Made by a program: the position numbers and the translations under genes
DNA from: Octopus sinensis
Taxonomy: Eukaryota
Length of the DNA: 64,000 nucleotides
Assembly: GCF_006345805.1 (NCBI RefSeq)
Contig: NC_043006.1
Location: forward strand, 104,160,001-104,224,000
Reading direction: 5' to 3'
Shown here: one piece after another, positions 1 through 11,862 of the stretch
How the letters are laid out: each line of letters begins with the position of its first letter
How positions within the stretch are numbered: the stretch's first letter is position 1
The notes under the pieces: generated by a model
Database searches by the model: none
What the model saw: the letters and a program-made list of their open reading frames with translations, nothing else
What the model was told of the DNA's origin: nothing

Positions 1-111
1 ATTTATTCTTTCCGAGTTAGCCCAGTGACAAATGATCCAAAGTCCTGTACTGGTCTGGCCCGGTACTGGTCTGGCCTGGGGCTGGTCCGGCCGGATGGTT
101 GGAAACCTCTC
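1..111. mobile_element. Possible right end of a hAT-like DNA element
   Basis: Ends in GGTTGGAAACCTCT (97-110), which resembles hAT/Charlie-type termini. It is preceded by short direct repeats GTACTGGTCTGGCC (47-60, 63-76). The other end is not in the window. Confidence 0.3.
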
Positions 112-253
112 ATCGACGTAAATATTTGTGGTACTGTGCTAATCAGTATAAGTAATCGTTAAGTTAGTTATAGATAGAACAAATCGGTATAAAGACTAGC
201 AGCCTTAATAAATCGATTTGTCTTGCACTTTGTCTATTAACTTGTTCTTATAC

Positions 254-305
<52 letters not shown>

Positions 306-692
306 TAAGGGAACAATGAAAGCAAACAGAGTAGACGGAGATGAGATAACTGCCTGCTAAGAATTAAATAAATAAATAAGAGGAGAGATGGCTGTCTGAT
401 TAGTGCTAAATAACATACACACACAACTACACAAATACACACACACACGCATACATACACACACTCCACCACTCAGACAGTTATCTGTGCTCTCTTTACG
501 TATTTAACGCTATGCAGGCGGTAATCTCTACACACACTCTCTCTCTTTCTCTCTCTCTCCTTCTTTCTCTCTTTCTCTGCATTTTCTTATCTGTGCGTAT
601 ATCTTTCATTCTTATGAGAGAGTAATTCGCTAATAGAGGGACAAAGAGAAGAACAATTCGATGCGTATGCATTGTTATATTAGATGATGCCA

Positions 693-1293
693 AGGCGGCG
701 AGCTGGCAGAAACGTTAGCACGCCGGGCGAAATGCATAGCCGTATTTCGTCTGCAGTTACGTTCTGAGTTCAAATTCCGCCGAGGTCGACTTTGCCTTTC
801 ATCCTTTCGGGGTCGATTAAATAAGTACCATTTACGTACTGGGGTCGATGTAATCGACTTGATACCTATGTCTGTCCTTGTTTGTCCCCTCTGTGTTTAG
901 CCCCTTGTGGGTAGTAAAGAAATAAGTATTTCGTCTGCCGTTACGTTCTGAGTTCAAATTCCACCGAAGTCGACTTTGCCTTTCATCCTTTCGGGGTCGA
1001 TTAATTATGTACCAGTTACGCACTGGGGTTGATGTAATCGTCTTAATCCATTTGTCTGTCCTTGTTTGTCCCCTCTGTGTTTAGCCCCTTGTGGGTAGTA
1101 AAGAAATAGGTATTTCGTCTGTCGTTACGTTCTGTGTTCAATATCAGCCGCGGTCGACTTTGCCTTTCATCGTTTCGGGGTCGATAAATTAAGTACCAGC
1201 TACGCACTGGGGTCGATGTAAAACGACTTGATACCTATGTCTGTCCATGTTTGTCCCCTCTGTGTTTAGCCCCTTGTGGGTAGTAAAGAAATA
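693..1293 (+). mobile_element. tRNA-derived SINE (Meta-like central domain): one head plus 3 tandem ~184-bp bodies
   Basis: Head GGCGGCGAGCTGGCAGAAACGTTAGC, B-box GAGTTCAAATTCC, domain GTCGACTTTGCCTTTCATCCTTTCGGGGTCGAT. The body restarts at ~742, ~927 and ~1110. TSD TATATTAGATGAT at 676-688 and 1294-1306. Confidence 0.9.
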
Positions 1294-1730
1294 TATATTA
1301 GATGATATCAAAGGAATGAAGGTCTAGGTGTGTCTGAATCTCTTGAAGTGAATGTTAAAGTGAAATTTCAGTAACATTCCGTCTCTATCTCTCAGGCACT
1401 CTACAAAGACATACTTCACTCTGCCGTCAATGCTGATCCTATTGTCCTCCACAAATGCACTCTCTTTGCAGTACATGTATGCAAAAGAGTATGTTCACAT
1501 ACACACACACACACGCACACACATACACACACACATACACAGGCACGCGCATACGCACACACATTTACACGCACATACACATACACTGATACACTGACAC
1601 ATTGACACGAACACACGCACACGCGCGTGCGCACACACATACTGGTTGACGTCATAGGAATATATATATATATTAATAGTTATCGCCAAACTAATATGGC
1701 AGTCCATAAATATAAGACTAAAGCTGTCGC

Positions 1731-1806
1731 TGATTAGCTCCAAGAGGCCATCGCCTCTAGCTAGCTATATGACACACGAACCTGCGTCCTTTACAACCTT
1801 CGAACG
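1731..1806 (-). repeat. Fragment of the dispersed repeat that carries an HHR at 21.8 kb
   Basis: Reverse complement of ~21885-21958 (GTTCGAAGG...GCGATGGCCTCTTGGAGCTAATC). Confidence 0.7.
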
Positions 1807-2337
1807 ATATAGTGTATATTTAAACACTTAGAGAATCCACTTATAGGGATCCTAACGCATTAGAAAGAACAGCTAAGTTCTACGACCACAAAAAAGAATT
1901 CGGGATAAAATTCGACAGGAATAAATTTGGAAATGAAAAACATTTACCATCCAGTTTCCTGGACCAATTGGTGTCTAATAATCTTTTAGCGAGTCATGGG
2001 GAAATCACAAGGTTTGATTTTCTTCAGCAGTAAAATTGAACGTTTTTTATTGTAATTAAATTCCATTTCCCTTTGATATGACTATATATATATATTATAT
2101 ATTATATATATATCTATATATATTACATATATATATATGTATGTACATATATATATATGTATGTACATATAATATATATATGTATATATAATATAAATAT
2201 AAGAGAGTGGTCACTATATGGCTCACTCTAGCACCAGTTAATCCAAAAGGTTTCAACCACGAAAATACATGTTTCCCATGAAAGTCAGTACGATTGTTAG
2301 CTCACACGGACAGGGCAAATAAAAAATAACAAAAATA

Positions 2338-2434
2338 CAGATTATTTTGGGACAATTGTTTCGCTATTAATGAATTAAATGTAATTTTACTTACAAAAAA
2401 AATCCATTGGTAGCTCGTCAGCCAAAACTATCTG
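2338..2434 (-). ncRNA. Type I hammerhead ribozyme, family A copy 1
   Basis: Minus strand: cagatagUUUUGG-CUGACGA-GCUA...UAGC-GAAA-C-AAUU-GUC^CCAAAAuaaucug. Full core, stems I and II, palindromic stem III (CAAUUG). Confidence 0.88.
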
Positions 2435-2863
2435 GATGAAATCCACTCAATCACACGCCAGATTTTACCATAACGATAAATACGCGTGTGGTTCAATTGA
2501 TTACATCCGACGTTATAATTCAAATGCCCCAACTAACAGCGCGCCAAACTTTCACGGAAAACAAATACAGCATTTAGAAATAAATGCAGCATAATTATAA
2601 TTAATTAATAAGGGTGAGAGAATTAGACACTAATTTAATAGTATATCTATTCAACACCAAGTGGCCTAGTGCTCCGAGAAACCTGGATTATTATAATATT
2701 TTTACAAAATAAATATAAGAGAGTGGTCACTATATGGCTCACTCTAGCACCAGTAATCCAAAAGGTTTCACCACGAAAATACATGTTTCCATGAATCAGT
2801 ACATGTTTCACCCATGAAAGTCAGTACGATGCTCAAAAAAAAAAAAAAAAAAAAAAAAAAAAA

Positions 2864-2959
2864 CAGATTATTTTGGACAATTGTTTCGCTATTAATAAAT
2901 TAAATGTAATTTTACTTACAAAAAAAATCCATTTGTAGCTCGTCAGCCAAAACTATCTG
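2864..2959 (-). ncRNA. Type I hammerhead ribozyme, family A copy 2
   Basis: Same core as copy 1. One base is missing at the stem I/cleavage junction, possibly a read error. Confidence 0.75.
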
Positions 2960-3397
2960 GATGAAATCCACTCAATCACACGCCAGATTTTACCATAACG
3001 ATAAATACGCGTGTGGTTCAATTGATTACATCCGACGTTATAATTCAAATGCCCCAACTAACAGCGCGCCAAACTTTCACGGAAAACAAATACAGCATTT
3101 AGAAATAAATGCAGCATAATTATAATTAATTAATAAGGGTGAGAGAATTAGATACTAATTTAATAGTATATCTATTCAACACCAAGTGGCCTAGTGTCCG
3201 AGAAACCTGGATTATTATAATATTTTATAACATATTATAATATTTTTACAAAATAAATATAAGAGAGTGGTCACTATATGGCTCACTCTAGCACCAGTTA
3301 ATCCAAAAGGTTTCAACCACGAAAATACATGTTTCCCATGAAAGTCAGTACGATTGTTAGCTCACACGGACAGGGCAAATAAAAAATAACAAAAATA

Positions 3398-3492
3398 CAG
3401 ATTATTTTGGGACAATTGTTTCGCTATTAATGAATAAATGTAATTTTACTTACAAAAAAAATCCTTGGTAGCTCGTCAGCCAAAACTATCTG
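3398..3492 (-). ncRNA. Type I hammerhead ribozyme, family A copy 3
   Basis: Same core and stems as copy 1. Confidence 0.85.
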
Positions 3493-4250
3493 GATTAAAC
3501 CACTCAATCACCGCCAGATTTTACCATAACGATAAAAACGCGTGGGTTCAATTGAGTTACATCCGACGTTATAATTCAATGCCCCAACTAACAGCGCGCC
3601 AAACTTTCACGGAAAACAAATACAGCATTTAGAAATAAATGCAGCATAAGAATTATAATAATTAAAAGGGTGAGGAATTAGATACTATTTAATAGTATAT
3701 CTATTCACACCAAGTGGCCTAGTGCTCCACCAGAAACCTGGATTATTATAATATTTTTACAAAATAAATATAAGAGAAGTGTTCACTATAATGGCTCACT
3801 CTAGCACCAGTTTTAATCCCAAAGGTTTCAAAACCACGAAAATACAGAGTTTCCCATGAAAGTCAGTACGAATTGTTAGCTCCCGGACAGTGTCAAATAA
3901 TTAAATAACAAAAATACAGATATTTTGGGACAATTGTTTCGCTCTCTTATATTTATTTTGTAAAAATATTATAATATGTTATAAAATATTATAATAATCC
4001 AGGTTTCTCGGAGCACTAGGCCACTTGGTGTTGAATAGATATACTATTAAATTAGTATCTAATTCTCTCACCCTTATTAATTATTTATAATTATGCTGCA
4101 TTTATTTCTAAATGCTGTATTTGTTTTCCGTGAAAGTTTGGCGCGCTGTTGGTTGGGGCATTTGAATTACAACGTCGGATGTAATCAATTGAACCACACG
4201 CGTATTTATCGTTATGGTAAAATCTGGCGTGTGATTGAGTGGATTTCATC

Positions 4251-4347
4251 CAGATAGTTTTGGCTGACGAGCTACAAATGGATTTTTTTTGTAAGTAAAA
4301 TTACATTTAATTCATTAATAGCGAAACAATTGTCCCAAAATAATCTG
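4251..4347 (+). ncRNA. Type I hammerhead ribozyme, family A inverted copy
   Basis: CTGACGA 4264-4270, GCTA/TAGC stem II, GAAA 4323-4326, GTC 4332-4334, stem I TTTTGG/CCAAAA extended by CAGAT/ATCTG. Confidence 0.9.
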
Positions 4348-4620
4348 TATTTTTGTTATTTTTTATTTGCCCTGTCCGTGTGAGCTAACAATCGTACTGA
4401 CTTTCATGGGAACATGTATTTTCGTGGTTGAAACCTTTTGGATTAACTGGTGCTAGAGTGAGCCATATAGTGACCACTCTCTTATATTTATTTTGTAAAA
4501 ATATTATAATATGTTATAAAATATTATAATAATCCAGGTTTCTCGGAGCACTAGGCCACTTGGTGTTGAATAGATTACTATTAAATTAGTATCTAATTCT
4601 CTCACCCTTATTAATTAATT

Positions 4621-4738
4621 ATGTATGTATATATATATATATGTATGTATATATATATATATATGTATGTATATATAATATATAATATATGTATGTATAT
4701 ATATATATATATATGTATGTATATATATATATATATAT

Positions 4739-4771
<33 letters not shown>

Positions 4772-4815
4772 TATGTATGTATATATATATATGTATGTAT
4801 ATATATATATGTATG

Positions 4816-4849
<34 letters not shown>

Positions 4850-4878
4850 TGTATGTATTATATATATATCATACATAC

Positions 4879-4910
<32 letters not shown>

Positions 4911-4934
4911 GTATGTATATATATATATATATAT

Positions 4935-4967
<33 letters not shown>

Positions 4968-4998
4968 TATGTATGTATGTATGTATATATATGTATAT
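4621..4998. repeat. Compound (TA)n/(TATG)n/(CATA)n microsatellite
   Basis: Seen directly. Source of several spurious ORFs. Confidence 0.95.
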
Positions 4999-5476
4999 AG
5001 TGTTCATATCACGCTGAGTTCGACTGTGCCTTTCATCCAACCATTGTCGACAAAATAAAATATCAGTCAAATAATTGTTGGTTTATTTTTACGATCATCA
5101 TTCATAAATTTAATACTACGGTATTTCTGTCATTTTTTATTACGTTATCCAACTGTGTATTCATACAAGTTACTCTGCTTGTGTTACACTAAAAAACAGT
5201 CACGGTACATCGCATGCTGTAGTACCAATGGACGTCGGTTGTCTAACATCTTCATTTCGTTCTCATCGTGTGTGACTTCTTTATGTTTTATTGTTAATGC
5301 AGACAGGAAAAGCAAATAGCACCTGAAACGTGATTCTAATACACAAATGCTGAAACAATGGTGAAATAAAATTTTATAAGAAAGATTAATCCGGCGTCGA
5401 AACATTTCTGTCAGCTCAACACGTTCGCCTCGTTGCTATTGATTGACTGAGAGAAAAAAAAACTCGTAGAAAGACT

Positions 5477-5641
5477 AATAATAATAATAATAATAACAAT
5501 AATAATAACAATAATAATAATAATAACAATAATAACAATAATAACAATAATAATAACAATAATAATAACAGCAATAATAATAATAATAACAACAACAACA
5601 ATAATAATAATAATAATAATGATAATGATCATAATGATAGC

Positions 5642-5679
<38 letters not shown>

Positions 5680-5760
5680 TAATAATGATAATAATAATAA
5701 CAGCAACAACAATAGTAATAATAATAACAGCAACAACAACAACAATAATAATAATAATAT
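5477..5760. repeat. (AAT)n/(AAC)n microsatellite
   Basis: Seen directly. Confidence 0.95.
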
Positions 5761-5905
5761 GTATATATGTGTATATATATAAATATACATACACACACTT
5801 ATATTTGTACACACACACATATATATAGACATATGTATGTATGTATGTCTATATATATATATGTGTGTGTGTATGTATATGAGTGTGTGTACATACATAC
5901 ATACA

Positions 5906-5938
<33 letters not shown>

Positions 5939-6477
5939 GTGCGTGCGTGTGTGTGTATGTGCGTGTATGCATATATGTTATTCTTATTTCTTCGTAAATT
6001 ATGAGAGTTAATTAATCTGGAGAAATTATATGAAAGAATTTGACGGTTCCATTAGCATTAATGGCACCGGGATTATTTAAACGGCGTCACGATTTGTTTC
6101 TTGACAAATTTTGTGATGAGTAAGAAGTATCATAGATAAATTACATTTCTATTCATCAGTAAAACAGAAAAAAAATGGAGGATTACTATTTATAATTTTG
6201 ATTAAGTAAGAAAAATAAAGAAGTGTTGAAGAAAAACGCAAAAGGTAGGAGACGAGCGGAAACAAAGGTAAACAAGCAGAGATTGAAGCATATTAAGAAG
6301 AAGCAGCAAGGTAAGTATTCACGAAGTGATGATTAGAATTTTAGTACAATTCTCACGATACCTGCGAAGATTTGCATTTATCTTAAAAGAAAAATCCCGG
6401 AGTAAACGGTAGTAGGTTTTCCTTCTGTCAAAGAAGTGAAAAAAAAATTTATGCAGCGCATGCTCATTGACAATACC

Positions 6478-6515
<38 letters not shown>

Positions 6516-6659
6516 CATCGCTTCCTTCGTCTGCCGTAAGGCATTATTTTTCAAATACGCCAGCTGAGTTCAATTCGTCTAAGTCGAAAGACGCCTGTTG
6601 TTATGTCCTGTTATTATTATTATTATTATTATTGTTTTTGTATTTATATTCGTATTATT

Positions 6660-6900
6660 TTTTGTTTTATATTCGTGTAACATCGTCCGTTTTTCTGTCC
6701 TTGTTTCGTATACATTCGATCCTTTTTCCAAGAAATCTAATGCTCGTAGCTTAGTTTTTCCTTGGGGCTGGGTAGATCGGAGCAATTTCAAGATTAATCA
6801 GCCGAAAATGCGAGGATGATCTTGTTCTTGACTGAAGATTAGAGGCTTCGAATGACCCGTCCGGGCTTTTTGTATCGTCTATTTGAATGTTTTGCGTTCT
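6660..6900 (+). repeat. Dispersed repeat, homologous to 17230-17460 (opposite strand)
   Basis: Shared blocks GCTTAGTTTTT..CTTGGGGCTGG, GGAGCAA, CAGCCGAAA and TGACTGAAGATT..AGGCTTCGAATGA. Confidence 0.7.
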
Positions 6901-6974
6901 TGTCCCATTTTGTATTTTTATATATTTATAAAAATGCCGGTGATAACAAAACATTATAGGATAGACAAATCAGA

Positions 6975-8870
6975 AAACTAACCGAGATGTGGTCCACCTC
7001 CAGATTTAATCCCAACTTATTTTCCTCTCAACAGCATGTTCCTCCAATCTTGTCATCTGTCCTTGTTGAATGTATTGGATCAAATGAAGCTCTCTTCTCT
7101 CTGCTTTCCTCGTTTTGACGCTGTTGCTAACAACAGATCTACATTCGCTCCGCATCATACCTGCAAATGGTCTGAACCGATCTGCGCCTAAACCAAGTCC
7201 CATCCGATGGATTTACGATGCACCCACCATGTCTCGATATGTAAGAGAAGGCAGCATGTCATCAGTCTCTGCTTCTGCTTTCTACTTCCTGGCTGTTTTC
7301 ATATCTGGTAGGTTACCCCTGATTTCCATGTCCTTCGACTCTCTCAGCATCACGTTCTTCTCTTTATAGTTTTCGAATATTGACGCCAGTGGTAACTGCA
7401 ACGAGCGTTTTTTACTATAAAGAGGTGAACTGTTCAATATCCGAGGTAGTCCTAGCCACTTTCTAATGAACATATTACATTTTTGTTCAATGATTTGAAC
7501 ACGTGACAATGCTACCTCGTATATTAAAAGTGGCCGAACTGTAAGCACCAAATTTTATATTTACCTGGCAATTTTGAGTCATCAATTGCTGATAATCCAA
7601 CGTCGGCTTGTTTCATAATTTCCATTCCGCAACTCCTATGTGACAATGTTCCAGCGTATACTCGCCTCAAGCTCTTGACGGGTTCTTCTTTGAATGTGGC
7701 AATGCTTTCTTCAGCTATTCAATACTTAACTTCTTTCTGCACTTCCTAAACAAATGTCAGACTACGGGAACTTTTTGCTCTAAGCTGCATCCTTGGCCAC
7801 CTCACAAGCTCGTCTAGTCTCAAGAGGCCACTCTGCATAATTTACTTGCCTTTTGATAGAAGTGTCACATCATCCATGAAGGCTTTCTTAGGCGATTGTA
7901 CTTTGGCGATTTGTTCCGAAAAAACCACGGCTTTCAAAATCGTCTCCATGACTAAGATAAACCACGTGACAGATATCGTGCAGCCAGCAGCAATGCCAAT
8001 CTCCAATCGGTGCCAATCTGTTGTAAAATCTCCAGTTGTAAACCCCATTTCGAAACTGTCGTAATATATCCTCTTTATTTTGGTTACTTTGTCTGGAATG
8101 TGGAAGTGGTCCATGGCTCTCATCAGTAATTCGTGTGGCACTGAGCCATATGCATTAGCTAGGTCGAGCCATACCACCTTCAGACTTCTCTTGTTCTGTT
8201 TGGCATCCTGGATCGCTTTCCAAATCGATAAACAGTCTTCAAAGCATCCAGGAATCCCAGGAATTCCGGTCTTTTGAACAGATTCAGCAACATATCCATT
8301 ACTCTGTAAATATGTCACTGTTTTCGTCGACAGAATTCCCATAAATATCTTGCTTGCAACATTCAATAAAGATATCGGCCTAAACTGTTTTATAGTCTCT
8401 GCATTGGCCTCCTTCGGCATGTATCTGCCTTCTGCTTTACACCAATCCTCTACTAGAGTCCCTTCGCGCCACTGCTTTCGTAGTAGGACAAAGAGCTTCT
8501 TTCGCAGACGATTGCAATATCTATATAGTTTATATGAGACGCTATTAACCACTGGGACACTCTTTACTCTAGCTTGTCTCACGAAATCAGTCACCTATTT
8601 CTCCCTGATGTCCCCAATTTGAAATTCGATATCAGGTTCTAAGAGATGCTTTCATCCATTTAGTGGTGGTATTGGCTGGTTACGATACGGATCGCTGTAG
8701 GCTTCTTTGATATGAGTGTCCAATTCTTCTTTCGTGCACGATAAAGTGCCCCTCTTCGGTTCATTGAACAGCTTCTTAGTAATCCCGTACGGATCCTTCA
8801 GAAACTGCCCCCGAGTCCTTTTACTTTCTTCTCGTCGCTCATATCGGCGAATATGTCGTTGCACATCACG
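6975..8870 (-). pseudogene. Degenerate non-LTR retrotransposon ORF (reverse transcriptase), Hero/NeSL-like clade
   Basis: Motifs FRPISLLNV, QKTGIPGIPGC, WLDLANAYGSVPH, GIAAGCTIS and AFMDD, followed by KWLGLP and GLGLG. Broken by stops and frameshifts. Confidence 0.88.
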
Positions 8871-8887
8871 ACATTTATTTTTTTTTT

Positions 8888-9290
8888 TTTTCAGTCATTA
8901 GACTGTGGCCATACTGGGGCACTGCTTTAAGGAGCTATTTCTTGTCGATCTAATCAACCCCATGACTTATTTTCTTTTTAAGTTTGGTACTTATTCCATC
9001 GGTCTATTTGCCCAGCCGCTAAGTTCCGAGGATGTAAACAACCCAACACCGGTTGCCAAGCAGCATTGGCGGGCAACCCCCCCCCCACACACACACATGT
9101 ATATATTAATCTATGAATATATTCGACAGGTTTCTTTCAGTTTCCGTTTCAGTTTCTACCAAATCCACTCACATGGCTTTGGTCATCCCGAGGCTGTAGT
9201 AGACGAGATTTGACCATAGTGCCACGCAGTGGGACTGACCTCAAAGCCAATGTGGTTGGGAAGCAAATTTCTTACGATATAACCACGTCT
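8888..9290 (-). mobile_element. CORE-like tRNA-derived SINE (diverged)
   Basis: Reverse complement of the family at 37177, 40652, 42521 and 57512. Confidence 0.8.
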
Positions 9291-9394
9291 GTATATGTAT
9301 ATGTAAGTATACACACATACACGCGCAACATTGCGTTTGACCCTCTGTCCGATAACTGGCGATATTTAGTGACCTATATTTGTGCTCGTGCACT

Positions 9395-9769
9395 CCGTCG
9401 GTTACGACGATGAGGGTTCCAGTTGATCCGATCAACGGAACAGCCTGCTCGTGAAATTAACGTGTAAGTGGCTGAGCACTCCACAGACACGTGTATCCTT
9501 AACGTAGTTCTCGGTGATATTCAGCGTGACACAGAGAGTGACAAGGCCGGCCCCTTGAAATACAGGTACAACAGAAACAGGAAGTAAGAGTGAGAGAAAG
9601 TTGTGGTGAAAGAGTACAGCAGGGATAGCCACCATCCCCTGCCGGAGCCTCGTGGAGCTTCAGGTGTTTTCGCTCAATAAACACTCACAAACGCCCAGTC
9701 TGGGAATCGAAACCGCGATCCTACGACCGCGAGTCCGCTGCCCTAACCACTGGGCCATTGCGCCTCCAC
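9395..9769 (-). mobile_element. tRNA-derived SINE, head GGAGGCGCAATGGCCCAGTGG, tail type 1
   Basis: A box TGGCCCAGTGG and B box GTTTCGATTCC on the minus strand. Tail CCGTTGATCGGATCAACTGGAACC is shared with 21600-21790 and 43240-43420. Confidence 0.85.
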
Positions 9770-10717
9770 TTGTGCATTTATAACATACTTTTTAACTTAT
9801 ACACACACACACACACACGTCATTTACACTGAATGCAGTTACTTGTAAACGTGACCACCAAGAATCGAAAGACACTTTACTTATTAAGTTAGTCACCAAA
9901 AAATTAACATAACCTACTCTATTTCTCAAATCATTGTGTATTTTCTTTATGTGTAAACATTGTACTTGTGAACAAATATTCAAGAATATTTATACACACC
10001 TACACGCATACCTTTTTTTTCTTTTAAATCTGTTTGTGTCTCCTTATGAGAAATAAACGACGAGGTTACATTTTCTAATTTTATTGCACTTTTGTTAGTA
10101 TGGACAATGTGTGAACGATGTAATAAGTTTCTGCTTTTGTTAGACGTTGTCAGAAAAAAGAATTTGTTCACAGAAAATTTAGTAACCTCGTAGATATCTG
10201 TTGTATCTGTAAACCACGACTCAGTCAAACTACTCTGTCTAATTACGTAACAGCATGTGCACTTACAATGTAGGTCAATTAATTTATCCATAGAGCAGTA
10301 CATGTTACTTTTTAGATTTTTTATTTATTTATTCCTTTTCTTTATGGCATAATAGCTAGAAATGTAAGAACAGCTTTTTAAATACTCACAATTTTACGCT
10401 GCTACTAAAAAGCAAACAGTTGTGGCACCAGAATAAATCCCCCCACCCCTCCCCGATGGCAAACAAAATACGATTGAGCTCTGTTCGTTAAAGAAAGAAA
10501 AAAAGAATTAGCTTTTGCTTTAGAATAGTGGATCTCGACGCAAATAAATCATGTAAATATTGCGTTAAAAAATATCTTTCGGATAAAAAAATAGAGGGTA
10601 AATCCAATGTTTGAAATTCTCTTACGTCTGCAGGAAATGCAGATTTATGTCCCATTGCCAGCCTTAGACAATCTCTACCCATAAATTTTGGGTTTTTCGA
10701 CCCAATATTAAAATATT

Positions 10718-11095
10718 AGGCGGTGATTGGCAGAATCTTTAACGGCCTGGACAAAAGGTTTACCGGCATTTCGTCTGTCTAAGTTCAAATACCACCGAAG
10801 TCGACTTTGCTTTTCGTTTTTTGAAGTCGATAAAATAAGTTCTAGTTGAACACAGGGATCAATATATAGAGGGGACAAACAAGGACAGGCAAAACATAGA
10901 GGGGACAAACAAGGACAGGCAAACGGATTAAGTCGATTATATCGACCCAGTGCGAAACTGGTACTTTATTTATCGACACCGAGAGGATGACAGTCAAAGT
11001 CGACCTCGGTGGAATTTGAGCTCAGAACGTAACAACAGACGAAATACCGCTGAGCATTTCGCCCGGCGCGCTAACGTTTCTGCCAGCTCGCCGCC
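10718..11095. mobile_element. Two Meta-like SINE pieces in opposite orientation
   Basis: Diverged + copy at ~10718-10865 and - copy at ~10868-11095 ending in the head (...CAGCTCGCCGCC). Confidence 0.75.
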
Positions 11096-11552
11096 TCGAC
11101 TGCGATCAATATAATCGATTGAAACCTCCCCTAAGATTGATGACCTTGGGCCAAAATATTTACATGCTATTATTCGTAGCTTTTTAAGCGGTTGGGATGT
11201 GGCATTCATGGTCGTCAGAATGTGGTTTCGATTTCTAAAGTAAGCGATGTGTTGTGTTCACGAGCAAATCATTTCATTTCACATAGCTCAATTCACTCAG
11301 ATGGCAAAAATAAAGTATTTCTGCGACGGACCAGTGTCCCATCCGGAGTGAGAGGGCGAGAATATGTATGCGACAGAATCCAGAACTGGCCTTGTGACCC
11401 TATGACTTGAGAAAAACAATTGGTCCTTTTGATTTATAGCTTAATGCGCATCGATATCTACTGTTCCAAAACAGAATTATTGCATGATCACTCGAAAGTC
11501 TACGAATTCTTAAGACGAAAAAAACCTCTATATATAAGTGTTTGAGTGTGTC

Positions 11553-11862
11553 TGGAGGCGCAGTAGCCCAATGGTTAGCGCAGCGGACTCGTGGTCGTAG
11601 GGTCGCGGTTTCGATAAGCAGACCGGGCGTTGTGAGTGTTTATTGTGCGAAAACACCTAAAGCTCCACGAGTCTCCGGCAGGTTGGTGGTGGCGATCCCT
11701 GCTGTACTATTTCGCCACAACTTTCTCTCACTCTTTCTTCTGTTAGCCTGCTCGTTTAGCCAGCGGGGTGGCGTCATTTGAAGGCTAAAACAATGCGAAG
11801 CGCATTGTGACCAGCGATGTGTAGCAACATCTGATGGCCTGGTCGGTCACGGTGATCACGGT
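11553..11862 (+). mobile_element. tRNA-derived SINE, same head as 9395-9769, different tail (type 2)
   Basis: TGGAGGCGCAGTAGCCCAATGGTTAG...GTTTCGATAAG. The tail ends in (CACGGTGAT)-like repeats. Confidence 0.8.

Larger units (their letters stand above)
2193..4620. mobile_element. Retrozyme-like / PLE pLTR tandem array, family A (~515-545 bp unit)
   Basis: Direct units start at 2193, 2709, 3253 and 3764 (partial, to 3942), followed by an inverted copy at 3942-4620. One HHR per unit. Flanked by (TA)n/(TATG)n on both sides. Confidence 0.88.

Noticed and set aside
1824-2033. ~69-codon stop-free stretch (LRESTYRDPNALERTAKF...)
   Set aside because: No start or splice context and no recognisable motif. 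Possibly TE debris.
2193-4620. CRISPR-like or plain satellite interpretation of the tandem arrays
   Set aside because: No short repeat/unique spacer pattern. The units are long and each carries an HHR with PLE-type inverted ends.
9690-9769. tRNA gene-like sequences at SINE heads (also 11553, 27900, 33990, 56305)
   Set aside because: They lack a full cloverleaf with acceptor stem and are attached to repeat bodies, so they are not called tRNA genes.
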